This document shows positions 32,898 to 42,378 of a stretch of DNA of 64,000 nucleotides, piece after piece. Source of the stretch: Candidatus Hydrogenedentota bacterium (GTDB taxonomy: Bacteria; Hydrogenedentota; Hydrogenedentia; Hydrogenedentales; SLHB01); NCBI GenBank assembly GCA_963745075.1, contig CAVUWV010000021.1:128001-192000 (forward strand), given 5' to 3'. The translations under genes and the position numbers were made by a program. The notes beneath the pieces are model-generated. The model had not been told where the DNA came from. It searched no databases and saw nothing but the letters and a program-made list of their open reading frames with translations. Positions within the stretch are counted from its first letter, which is position 1. Every line of letters starts with the position of its first letter.

Positions 32898-34103
32898 TTA
32901 GTTATTCACGAGGCTCGAAAGCTGCAGGATCGGCATGAAGAGGGCAATCACGATACCGCCGACGACGATACCCATCATCAGAATCAGGATGGGTTCGATA
33001 AGACTGGTCAAGGCATCGACGGACGCTTTCACTTCGGAATCGTAGAAGTCGGAGATCTTACCCAGCATCTGTTCCAAGGCGCCGGTCTTCTCACCGACTC
33101 CGATCATGCGTGTCACCATGGCGGGAAATTCGCCGCTGCGCGCCAAGGGTTCGGCCAGAGTTTCACCGCCGCGCACGCTGTCGCTGGCATGCCGTACCAC
33201 GCGGGCGAACACTTCGTTACCCGCCGTGCGCTCGACGATCTCGAGGGCGCCAAGTATCGCAACGCCGCTGCGCGTCAGCGTGCTCAACGTGCGAGCAAAC
33301 CGGCTGATGGCTACCTTACGGAGCATCTTTCCAAAAACTGGTAACTTCAGCATCGCCTTGTCGATGTTGTAGCGGCCGACATCGGTCTGGCCGTACATGC
33401 GGAATCCAATGACCCCCGCGACAAAGACCGCGATCACAACCAACATGCGCCAACTCCGAAGCGTATCGCTGATCGCAATGAGCAGCCGGGTCGGCGCCGG
33501 TAACGTCGCGTCAAAGCTCGAGAAAATCTCGGCAAACTGGGGTACGACCCAGATGATAAGGCCCGCCGCAATAAGAAGAATCATACTGAACGCAACCACC
33601 GGGTAGGTCATCGCCGCGCGGATGCGGCGTCTTAGTTCGGCCATCGCTTCCAGGTAATCGGCGAGTTGAAGCAATACGTTGTCGAGGTTACCGCTCGCCT
33701 CACCGGCGCGTACCATACTGACGTACAGATCGGTAAAGATGCGCGGGTGCTTCCGCAACGCTTCGGAAAACGATTCACCGCCTTCCACGTCCTGGCCGAT
33801 TTCGGCAAGCACACGGGCAAACCGCTGGTCTTCCGTCTGCTCGGCAAGAATGTCCAACCCCTGCAGAAGCGGCAGACCCGCGTTCACAATCGTGGACAAC
33901 TGGCGCGTGAAGACCAGCAGCTCGGTCCCCTTTACACGCGGTCCACGCTTCGGACCCGAGGACTTGCCACGCTCCTGGATACGGTCGGGAATCATGCCTT
34001 GGCTTTGCAGGCTCCGCACCAGCGCCCCGCGGTTCTCGGCCGTGAGTGTACCGCTCTTCTTCTGACCCTCGCGCGTGCGGGCCGTATAGGTAAAGGTTGG
34101 CAT
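32898..34103 (-). CDS. pilC: Type IV pilus / T2SS inner-membrane platform protein (PilC/GspF)
   Basis: MPTFTYTAR, FTRQLSTIVNAGLPL, GEASGNL, AMTYP, GEKTGAL, LIEP. Confidence 0.93.
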   Translation of the reverse strand: MPTFTYTARTREGQKKSGTLTAENRGALVRSLQSQGMIPDRIQERGKSSGPKRGPRVKGTELLVFTRQLSTIVNAGLPLLQGLDILAEQTEDQRFARVLAEIGQDVEGGESFSEALRKHPRIFTDLYVSMVRAGEASGNLDNVLLQLADYLEAMAELRRRIRAAMTYPVVAFSMILLIAAGLIIWVVPQFAEIFSSFDATLPAPTRLLIAISDTLRSWRMLVVIAVFVAGVIGFRMYGQTDVGRYNIDKAMLKLPVFGKMLRKVAISRFARTLSTLTRSGVAILGALEIVERTAGNEVFARVVRHASDSVRGGETLAEPLARSGEFPAMVTRMIGVGEKTGALEQMLGKISDFYDSEVKASVDALTSLIEPILILMMGIVVGGIVIALFMPILQLSSLVNN

Positions 34104-34565
34104 AGACGCAATCTCCTCGTAGCTTCCCGCGGGCAAGTATACCACATCTTGTGCCATTTAGGTAGACACTTGACAAGTACCGCTAGCCACCCGGTGCTAA
34201 CCCTTCAATCAGGAAGGGGGCCAGCCGGGATGGGTGCGTGATCCCGGCTGGCCGTGTGCCGGTATTTCTGGCGAAGGTACGTGGCACATAGGCTGCGCAA
34301 AGTAGACAGCAAGCCACATACCGATCCCTTGAAGCGTCGAAAGGGCCGTAGTGGTTCACATGTAACCTATTAGAAATAAAGCCGTTGCTAACTCATAACG
34401 AGAGCAATCCCCAGTATCCGTTGGCGCCTGGTTCTGATTGACAATCGATAAATTGACGGGATTCCGTCGGTCTGACAGACTTCGGAGGGGCTATCCCGAA
34501 ATGCTCCCACGATCCAGCGCTATCAGTCCACAAGACGGCGCCTGTTTGCCGGCGAGAAATGCGGA

Positions 34566-35034
34566 CTAGGGACGCTGCAAGCGGGGATCCCAATGAAATA
34601 CCGCCGGCTCCGCAACCTGCACCTTGCAAAAGTCCGGATGGAGCGGGTTCAGCAGGTAGTTGCACTCGCCAGGGATAATCGCGCCGGGCACGGACAGTAC
34701 GCATGATTCCGCGGAAACCACCCAAGCTGACCCAATATCGCGAGTCGATGTTGGGGGAGGAACCGCGTTCCAGTCGCGGGGGAGGGAATCTATCTTCCAG
34801 CGTTGAGCACAGACGCCGGTCGAAAGAAACTCGGACTGAAACGTACCCCTTGAGCAGGCGGATATCGTCAAGGTTCCCCAGAATCTCCAGCGCGGCCAAG
34901 GAGAGACTTCCCGCCAAATACACGATGGGCGTCCCGCGATGATTCCACCTGCCTGGAAAGCGCCGGGCACCCTCGCCGGAAAACGCGCCATCGGCAAATC
35001 GTGCCTTGACGAGGCGCCAAGCACGAATGGTCAA
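34566..35034 (-). CDS. RES-domain toxin; apparent 1-nt insertion near 34795
   Basis: AFSGEGA..GRWNHRG..Y...SLSLAALE in one frame; LPRDW..GSAW..VP.AI..E.NYLLNPLHPDF in the next. Confidence 0.85.
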
Positions 35035-35486
35035 CCGAATACCCCGTGCTCGACGCGCCCGAGCAGATTCTCGACTTCCCGGGCGCCGGGTTCGGTGTCG
35101 GCGTAGTCGAGAGGCGTGCTTCCACTCAGTGCACGCTTGGGCGACTTCAACCAGGACCGCGCCGCTTCAGCGTCTCCGAAAACGTCCTTCGCGCGGTCAA
35201 AGAGCACGCCCAGACGAAGAACGCGCTCGGATTCGTCGGACAGGAGCCGGCCGGCTTTCTTGCGACGCGCGAGCGTGCGGGGCGCGATACCTGCCAGACG
35301 AGCCAAGTCCGCACTGGGAATCGCCATCGCCTTGCACAACTTGTCGAACGAAGATGCCGGAAGTCCCTCTTTCAGTCGACGGATCACGTTCTCCGTATCG
35401 TCGCTGCGCAGTCCGACGGAGGCACCGTATACGGCCGCACTTTCGCGGGCGAGGAGTTCTTCGGTTTTGGTTGTCTTCTTAGCCAT
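35031..35486 (-). CDS. Xre/MbcA/ParS-type antitoxin of a RES-Xre TA system
   Basis: RTLARRKKAGRL..ESER, VFGD..A..WL..P...L.G.TPL..A.T..GAREVE.LLGR..HG; TTGA overlap with the toxin. Confidence 0.92.
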   Translation of the reverse strand: MAKKTTKTEELLARESAAVYGASVGLRSDDTENVIRRLKEGLPASSFDKLCKAMAIPSADLARLAGIAPRTLARRKKAGRLLSDESERVLRLGVLFDRAKDVFGDAEAARSWLKSPKRALSGSTPLDYADTEPGAREVENLLGRVEHGVFG

Positions 35487-35495
35487 GGAAAGCTC

Positions 35496-35531
35496 CTGCC
35501 AATTGGCAGATTAATTATATGCCATATGGCA
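35496..35531. promoter_or_regulatory. Two palindromic operators TGCCA-WW-TGGCA upstream of the TA operon
   Basis: ctgccaattggcag (35496-35509) and tgccatatggca (35520-35531) flanking an AT-rich spacer. Confidence 0.7.
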
Positions 35532-35550
35532 GAAACCTGCAAGTAGTCCC

Positions 35551-35586
35551 ATGGACTGTATGAACAGAATGGACGCTATGGACAAG
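35551..35586 (+). repeat. 9-bp-period tandem repeat, ATGGACnnn x4
   Basis: atggactgt atgaacaga atggacgct atggacaag. Confidence 0.7.
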
Positions 35587-35603
35587 AATGGAGATGGAGG
35601 AAT

Positions 35604-36828
35604 TCAGCGGGTTTCGCTCAGGAATTCGACCATACCTTTGACTCCGCCGAGGGTCATGTCTTCCATGTGGACGACTTGGCGGATACGGTTGAGGGTCCAG
35701 CTCCCGTAGGTGGTATCCCAGGCTTGGCGCGCGATGGGGTTCAGCCATACGGAGTGACGGAAGCGATCGGCGATGCGCTGCAGCCAGTACATGCTGGGCT
35801 GGGATTCCCGCGCGTAATGGTAGAGCGAGCCGTACGGCAGTTCCAATTCCTCCGGGGCCATGGTGGCATCGCCGAAAATGACGAACCGCGTTTCGGGGTT
35901 TCGCTGAAGCAACTGCTCCGTAGCGTACTTCTTCATGCGCCGGTAGTCGATCCACACGTTTTGGTAGATGGTGTTATGGAAGTAGTAGGTCTGGATATCC
36001 TCGAAGCGTTCGTGGAGTTTGCTGAAGAGCAGCCGCGTGATGTCGACGAAGGGGTCCATGGAATACCCGCCGTTGTCGATGAGCAGCACCACGCTGGTTC
36101 GGTCGTGCAGTTCCCGGTCGAAGACGAGGTCGATCTCTCCCCCATTTCGCGCCGTGCTGCGGATGGTCTCGTCGAGATTGAGGACCGTATGCGCGCCCAC
36201 ATCCTTCATGTGCTTCATCGATTCGAGGGCCTGGCTCAGGTTGGCCGCCTTCAGCGTGTTGGTATCCGCGTAGGCAACATAGCGGCGGTTCGCGATGACG
36301 CTCAGGGCGGACCGGTTCATGGATTCTCCTTCAACCCGGATGCCCCGTTCCGCGTTGCCGGAATGGCCGAAAGGGCGAATTGCCCTTTTGCCCAACCCAT
36401 TTACTTCCGCCGGCGTGGGCCTCCATCTGTTCGCGGACGGTCTCCCAAAACTTCTCCATTAACTCTTCCGGCGTCATGGTGTAGACGGCGCGTTCCGGGA
36501 GTTTGCCCTCCTTGATCTGCTGCGCGAGCCAGTCCTTGAAGGCCTTCGTGCGGAAAAGTTCCATGTCGCCTTCGGCCACGGCGGGAATGTCGATGCCGTA
36601 AAAGTACAACGCAAAAGCCCGCTCGAAGGCGTCCATGTGCTCTTTGCGACGCACAAAAGTGAGGCGGGAAAAAACAAAGAGGTCATCGAGGGTCTGGACG
36701 ACACCCTTTTCGAGCCCTTCGTTGAGATGGAGCAGATCCTCGGGTGATATAGGAACACCGTAGTCGCGGAGGAGATAGACGAAGTCCACAAAGAGCGCCG
36801 TCGAGTATTGTGTGGACGCCGAGGTCAT
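35604..36828 (-). CDS. vWA-domain (CoxE-like) partner of MoxR; apparent 1-nt insertion near 36370
   Basis: GGSKWVG..G.SPF|GHSG is split across two frames; MIDAS-like LLIDNGGYSM, YYFHN, FGDATM, VWLNP. Confidence 0.85.
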
Positions 36829-36859
36829 GGGAGCCGCGCACCAAGCACAGGGATCGCCC

Positions 36860-37090
36860 TCACCACAACCCGCGAATGAACAGCAACAACCCGATAATGA
36901 ACAGCGGGATGCCGATCAGAGCGCCGATGATGGTTCCGATGAGGATCCAACCCACAAACATCAACACCGCGCCGATAACCAGGGCCAATAGAATTCCCGT
37001 GGCGTTCGCGACCAACGTCACAAGACGCCACAAGAGGACGAGCGGCCAGAAGATAAGCGGCGTCCTGCGCTGTGAAGTAGTGGCAGTCAT
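36860..37090 (-). CDS. Small hydrophobic membrane protein
   Basis: 76 aa, TIIGALIGIPL-type hairpin, GGAG RBS. Confidence 0.7.
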   Translation of the reverse strand: MTATTSQRRTPLIFWPLVLLWRLVTLVANATGILLALVIGAVLMFVGWILIGTIIGALIGIPLFIIGLLLFIRGLW

Positions 37091-37203
37091 GGCACGATCT
37101 CCTATCTAAACGCGTTGCGCTCCGACGTACTTGTTCACCTCAATTGGACACCATAACGCACCAAAAGGTTTACGACAATCATGCCACCTCTTTCGAGACT
37201 CCG

Positions 37204-38046
37204 TTACATATACCGCGTGCCCTTATCCCCTTCCCGATAGGCCTGGATGTCCCCGGCGCGTTTGAGGAGGATGCCGGTCAAAGGTGGGTCCTTGGGATTC
37301 GGTACCGATCCGGTCCGTTGCAGAGCCCCAATCCAGTTCAGGAGCTCGCTGGTGGCGGGAGGCTTTTCGAACCCCCGCTCGCGCAGTTCGTAGAAAATCG
37401 TGATGGCCGCTTCCATGAGTCTCGGGCTGGTCTTGGGGTAGTGGAGCTTCACAATCTCGTGCATCTGGTCCGGGTTGGGGAACGCGATGTGGTGACAATA
37501 GCACCGGCGCAGAAACGGATCGGACAATTCCCGTTTTGCATTAGACGTGATAAAAATCGCTGGCCGGACCGCGGCCTTGATGGTTTCGTTCACCTCGCGG
37601 ATCGTGAACTGGCATTCCTCCAGGATGTCCAGGAGGTTGTCCTGCACATCCGACTCGGTCTTGTCGATTTCGTCCAGCAGCAGCACCACCTTCTTGTCCG
37701 CGCGAAAGGCGCGGCCGATGGGACCCCAGATGACGTAGTCATAGAATTCCTGAACCTCCCTCCCGCTCTCGCCGGGACCAAACCGCGCATCGTTAAGACG
37801 GAGCACCGTGTCCTGGGTGTAGCAGGCTTCCTCGCCCTTAATGGTCGACTTGGCGCGGAGGATTTCCGTATCCATGTTCAGGGCGCGGGCCACCTCGAGG
37901 GCAAGCTGGGTTTTACCGGTGCCCGCTTCGCCGGTCAGCAGCAACGGCTTTTCCATGGCCAACGCGATGTTGACGATGGCCTGCAATTCCGGGTCGAGGT
38001 AATACCGGTCCGTACCGGCAAATTCGAGCGACTTTGAAAAGGTCAT
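37204..38046 (-). CDS. MoxR-family AAA+ ATPase (CoxD/PA2707-like)
   Basis: PLLLTGEAGTGKT, LLLDEIDK, ITSNAKREL.DPFLRRC, KPPATSELLNW. Confidence 0.9.
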   Translation of the reverse strand: MTFSKSLEFAGTDRYYLDPELQAIVNIALAMEKPLLLTGEAGTGKTQLALEVARALNMDTEILRAKSTIKGEEACYTQDTVLRLNDARFGPGESGREVQEFYDYVIWGPIGRAFRADKKVVLLLDEIDKTESDVQDNLLDILEECQFTIREVNETIKAAVRPAIFITSNAKRELSDPFLRRCYCHHIAFPNPDQMHEIVKLHYPKTSPRLMEAAITIFYELRERGFEKPPATSELLNWIGALQRTGSVPNPKDPPLTGILLKRAGDIQAYREGDKGTRYM

Positions 38047-38139
38047 GGAGACTCCAACAGCTATCAGGGGTTCGACATGGTCACCAGTGGTTTGAGAATA
38101 GTCTTGGGAGGGCCAGAGAGGCAAATTGTGGTACCCGTG

Positions 38140-38175
38140 ACGGACGCTATAGACCTGATGGACGAAATGGACAAG
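38140..38175 (+). repeat. 9-bp-period tandem repeat, ATGGACnnn x4
   Basis: acggacgct atagacctg atggacgaa atggacaag. Confidence 0.65.
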
Positions 38176-38258
38176 CGGTGACGCTTGCCAGTATGCTCAT
38201 CGGGTCGTATTTTGGGCTGGCTGCAAACCCCATTCGACGTCTCAAGGGAGTGTGCCGT

Positions 38259-38960
38259 GTGATCAGGTTCGTGAATAAAGCGTGTGCTCTAGTCGCTGTC
38301 GGGCTGGCGTTGGTCTGGGCGCTGCAAAGCGTCGCCGGGGAAGCCGCCGAAACGCGCAGCCCCGCGCCGGTGATGAGTTACCACGGAGCGGACTGGCTCG
38401 AACGCCCGAGCCGGATAGAAGAGGAGCGACCCGACGAAGTCATCGCGGCGATGGGACTCAAGGACGGCGATGTGGCGGTGGACTTGGGATGCGGGACGGG
38501 CTTCTTCGCCCGCCGCATGGCGAAGGCCGTCGCGCCGACGGGCAAGGTCTATGGCGTCGATATCCAGCCGGAATTTCTGGAAATGCTCAAAGGGTACTGC
38601 GAGAAGGAAGAAATCACGAACGTCGTGCCGGTCCTGGGCGTTGAGAACGACCCCAAACTGCCGAAGGGCGCGATCGACTGGATCGTCTTGGTAGACGTTT
38701 ACCACGAGTTTCAGCACCCCCAAGCCATGCTGGCGAAGATGCGAGAGTCCCTGAAACCGGACGGCAAAGTCGCCCTGGTCGAGTACCGGTTGCACGGCGA
38801 CACGGCCAAGCACATCAAGATCGAGCATCGAATGTCGGTGAAGCAGGTGCTGTCGGAATGGAACCCGGCGGGATTCGAACTCGTTGACCTACAGGAATTT
38901 CTGCCGTCCCAGCACCTGTTCATCTTCCAAAAGGATCCCGACCGATCCGAGAAGAAATAG
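38259..38960 (+). CDS. Class I SAM-dependent methyltransferase with signal peptide
   Basis: VDLGCGTG, YGVDIQ, LVDVYHE; hydrophobic N-terminus. Confidence 0.85.
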   Translation: MIRFVNKACALVAVGLALVWALQSVAGEAAETRSPAPVMSYHGADWLERPSRIEEERPDEVIAAMGLKDGDVAVDLGCGTGFFARRMAKAVAPTGKVYGVDIQPEFLEMLKGYCEKEEITNVVPVLGVENDPKLPKGAIDWIVLVDVYHEFQHPQAMLAKMRESLKPDGKVALVEYRLHGDTAKHIKIEHRMSVKQVLSEWNPAGFELVDLQEFLPSQHLFIFQKDPDRSEKK

Positions 38961-39029
38961 GCTGTATGGTCTGAATTGTTTGTCTGCGTGTACGACCACG
39001 CAGTGAACCACTCACGAAGGAACCCCTCC

Positions 39030-41933
39030 ATGTACACTCGCGCTCTCACCCTGGCGACTATCGTCCTGCTGGGACTCGTCGCCACCGCGCACGCGGATTA
39101 CAAACTCATTCACGAAATCAGCCCGGATGATCCGATGAAGACCCGGATCTTCGAATTGGACAATGGGTTGACCGTCTACATGACTGAAAACCACGAATCG
39201 CCCCGGTTTTACGCGGAAATCGCCGTACGGGCCGGCAGCGTGATGGACCCGGCGGAAACGACCGGACTCGCGCACTATCTCGAGCACCTGCTGTTCAAAG
39301 GGACGCAGCATATCGGCACGACGGATTACGCCACGGAAAAAACGTATCTTGACCAGATTACCCAGCTTTACCAAGACCGGTTTCACGAAACCGATCCCGC
39401 CAAGCGGCAGGAAATTTACTCCGAGATCAACGCGGAGTCTCAGAAGGCGTCGCAGTACGCCATTCCAAATGAATTCGATCGCCTGTATCGCGCCATGGGC
39501 GCCCGCGGACTGAATGCGCACACCTGGCAAGAAGAAACCGTCTTCAAAGTGGACCTGCCCGCCAACCGGCTCCAGCAGTGGGCCGCCATCGAATCGGAAC
39601 GGTTCTCCGATCCCGTCTTCCGCTTGTTCCAACCCGAACTCGAAATCGTCTATGAAGAAAAGAACCGGTCGATGGACAACAAGGATCGGATCATCCAGGA
39701 AGCCGTGAATGCCGACTTGTACAAGGTCCATCCCTACGGCCAGCAGACGACGCTGGGGTCTGTGAAGGACCTCAAGAATCCGTCGCTCCAGAATATATAC
39801 AATTATTTCCATACCTACTACGTGCCGAACAATATGGCCATTATGATCTCGGGGGATATTGACCCCGGCGAGGCGATAAAGACCATCGACCAGCAGTTCT
39901 CGTCGTGGAAACGCAAACCCCTCCCGAAAATCGAAACCTGGCAGGAAAAACCGATCGACGGCGTGGAGCGGGTCGTCACGCACTATGAGAGCGAGGAGTA
40001 CGTGCTCCTCGCATTTCGCACGGTGCCCATCAACGATCCCGATGCCGATGCGTTGAAACTTTTCGACATGATCCTGTCGAACCGTGTCGCGGGCTTGATC
40101 GACCTGAATCTGAATCAGCAGCAGCGGGTTCGTGCGGCCGGTTCGTATCCGATGATGTTCAACCAGTATGGCGCCCAATACCTGTGGGGAATACCGAAAG
40201 AAGGTCAAACGCTCGAAGACGTAGAACAACTGCTTCTGCAACAGGTCGAGTTGGTGAAGAAAGGCGAATTCGAGGATTGGATCATCCCCGCAATCATCAC
40301 CGACTTCAAAAAGACCGAAAAGGCGGGGCTCGAATCCAACCCCTCGCGGGTCGCCACCATGCGGGACTCGTTTATCGCGCACCAGGATTGGGAGTACACG
40401 GTGCACGACATCGATCGGATGGAAGAACTCACCAAAGGCGATATCGTCCGCGTCGCGAACAAATACTTTGACGGCAATTATGTGGCGGGATACCGGAAAG
40501 AGGGGCAACACAAGGTCCCCGAAATCGAAAAGCCCAAAATCGATGCCATCAAAATCGATCCCACGCGCGAATCCGCGTTTGCGAAGCAGATCCTTGCCAT
40601 CCCGGTGAAACCCATCACGCCGGTGTTCGTGGACCCGAAGAAGGACTACAAGATTAAAACCGAATCCAAGGGTCTTCGCTTCTACCACGTCAAGAATCCC
40701 ATCAACGACCTGTTCAGCCTGACCATCGCCGTGGACCTGGGCACCCTCGAGGACAACCGGCTCGGCGCGGCGGCGCAACTGCTGGACAAGTCCGGCACCC
40801 CCGAGTTCTCCGCACAGGATCTCAAGAAGGAGTGGTACAAACTCGGGACGGACTTCGGCATCGGCTCGGGCGATCACGAAACTTCCATTACCATAGCCGG
40901 GCTCGACGAGAATTTTGAAGCGTCCGTGAAGCTGTTGATGGATCTCTTGACCCATCCGACGGCCGATCGATCCACGTTGGACGAGTTGATCCAGATCGTT
41001 CTGAAGAACCGCGAAGATGCCAAGAAAGACGCGAATTCGATCAACTCGGCACTCGTGCAGTACAACCGCTACGGCCCGGAATCCGCATTTCTTCGTATGA
41101 TGCCGTCGGATCGGGTGAAAGAACTCACCATCGACGAACTCCACGGCATCATCACAAATCTTCTGACGTACAAGCAGTCGATCATGTACACGGGGTCCCT
41201 GCCCATGCGGAAAGTGATCGGCGTAATGAAGAAGTACGAACCGTTGAATGAAATTCTGCAGGATCCGCCGCCGTACCGGCGGTTGTCGCCACGTTCGCCG
41301 GAAGAATCCGAGATCTATTTCTTCAATAAAGAAATGGCCCAGGCGCAGATCCGGATCGAATACGCCGCCGAGGTCTTCAATGAAGCGGACGTCCCCGCGA
41401 GCCAGTTATTCAACAGCTACTTCTCCGGCGGCATGGGCGGCGTCGTCTTCCAGGAATTGCGGGAAGCGCGGGCCTTGGCGTACTCCGCCGGCGCACACTA
41501 CGTCACGCCGTACCGTGCCGGCGATCGCGACCTGATGATTGGCGGCATGGGCACCCAGGCCGACAAAGCGCCCGAGGCGCTGGACGGGTTCATCGACATC
41601 CTGGACTCCATGCCGGTTTCCGGCGACCGCTTCAAGACGGCCAAAGAAGCCCTCGTCGAGAACTACCGAACGGGGAAGATCGGTTTCCGGGACATCATCG
41701 GGGCGGTACGTTCCTGGGAGCGCCTGGACGTTCCGGTAGACCCGCGCCGGAAGCGATTTAAGGAAATCCAGACCGCAGACGAGGCGACCATGCTGGGCTT
41801 CTACAAGTCCCAAATCCAGGACAAGCCAAAACTTATCTCGATTGTTGGGGATAAGGCGAAAATCGACATGGAAACTATCGCGAAGAAAGGCAAGGTGTCG
41901 GAAATCGGGCTGGACCAGATCTTTGTGAAGTAA
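39030..41933 (+). CDS. Secreted M16 (insulinase/PqqL-like) zinc peptidase
   Basis: Signal peptide; LDNGL, GLAHYLEHLLFKGT (HxxEH), FQELREARALAYS. Confidence 0.93.
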   Translation: MYTRALTLATIVLLGLVATAHADYKLIHEISPDDPMKTRIFELDNGLTVYMTENHESPRFYAEIAVRAGSVMDPAETTGLAHYLEHLLFKGTQHIGTTDYATEKTYLDQITQLYQDRFHETDPAKRQEIYSEINAESQKASQYAIPNEFDRLYRAMGARGLNAHTWQEETVFKVDLPANRLQQWAAIESERFSDPVFRLFQPELEIVYEEKNRSMDNKDRIIQEAVNADLYKVHPYGQQTTLGSVKDLKNPSLQNIYNYFHTYYVPNNMAIMISGDIDPGEAIKTIDQQFSSWKRKPLPKIETWQEKPIDGVERVVTHYESEEYVLLAFRTVPINDPDADALKLFDMILSNRVAGLIDLNLNQQQRVRAAGSYPMMFNQYGAQYLWGIPKEGQTLEDVEQLLLQQVELVKKGEFEDWIIPAIITDFKKTEKAGLESNPSRVATMRDSFIAHQDWEYTVHDIDRMEELTKGDIVRVANKYFDGNYVAGYRKEGQHKVPEIEKPKIDAIKIDPTRESAFAKQILAIPVKPITPVFVDPKKDYKIKTESKGLRFYHVKNPINDLFSLTIAVDLGTLEDNRLGAAAQLLDKSGTPEFSAQDLKKEWYKLGTDFGIGSGDHETSITIAGLDENFEASVKLLMDLLTHPTADRSTLDELIQIVLKNREDAKKDANSINSALVQYNRYGPESAFLRMMPSDRVKELTIDELHGIITNLLTYKQSIMYTGSLPMRKVIGVMKKYEPLNEILQDPPPYRRLSPRSPEESEIYFFNKEMAQAQIRIEYAAEVFNEADVPASQLFNSYFSGGMGGVVFQELREARALAYSAGAHYVTPYRAGDRDLMIGGMGTQADKAPEALDGFIDILDSMPVSGDRFKTAKEALVENYRTGKIGFRDIIGAVRSWERLDVPVDPRRKRFKEIQTADEATMLGFYKSQIQDKPKLISIVGDKAKIDMETIAKKGKVSEIGLDQIFVK

Positions 41934-41941
41934 CATCCTTC

Positions 41942-41971
41942 TTGCAAAGGCGTGAGATCTCATCATATAAT
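41942..41971 (+). promoter_or_regulatory. Sigma70-like promoter for tatA
   Basis: TTGCAA-N18-TATAAT. Confidence 0.5.
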
Positions 41972-42096
41972 CTAGTTAATGCTGAGGCGCTGGTGCGTGA
42001 ACGGTTCAAGGCGCACAAACGGGTGATCGTCGTTCGGCTCCTCATGCAATACAACAAGGCTGAGGCGCAAATTCCGCCTTCAGTTGGAGACATGCA

Positions 42097-42315
42097 ATGT
42101 TTGGAATGCCAGGTGGATCCGAGTGGTTCATTATTCTCCTGATCGTGCTTATCGTGTTCGGCGCGGGAAAACTCCCGCAGGTTGGACGGTCCCTGGGTAC
42201 GGCCATTACCGAATTCAAGGACAGCGTGAAGGGTAAGGACGAGGACGAGAAAGACGAGCCGTTGGCGAAGAATAAAGAAGAAGAGAAGGAACCTGCGGAA
42301 TCGAAGCACGCGTAG
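42097..42315 (+). CDS. tatA: Twin-arginine translocase subunit TatA
   Basis: EW.IILLIVLIVFGAGKLPQVGRSLG.AI.EFK; charged tail. Confidence 0.95.
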   Translation: MFGMPGGSEWFIILLIVLIVFGAGKLPQVGRSLGTAITEFKDSVKGKDEDEKDEPLAKNKEEEKEPAESKHA

Positions 42316-42378
42316 TCGCGACGACCGATTCTCTTTCACATACCTGCTAAATTGCGGGGTGGCGCGATCGAATTCGCG

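Noticed and set aside
34130..34160. Sigma54 promoter for pilC (minus-strand TGGCACAAGATGTGG)
   Set aside because: The -12 element is GG rather than GC; an extended -10 (TGGTATACT) explains the site equally well
34400..34510. c-di-GMP (GEMM) riboswitch upstream of pilC
   Set aside because: No GGCAAA..GAAA..GACGCAAA P1 signature found on either strand
35551..35586. CRISPR array interpretation of the short repeats
   Set aside because: Units are 9 bp with no spacers, and there are no cas genes in the window
39012..41144. 710-aa minus-strand ORF opposite the M16 peptidase
   Set aside because: Antisense shadow of a well-supported gene
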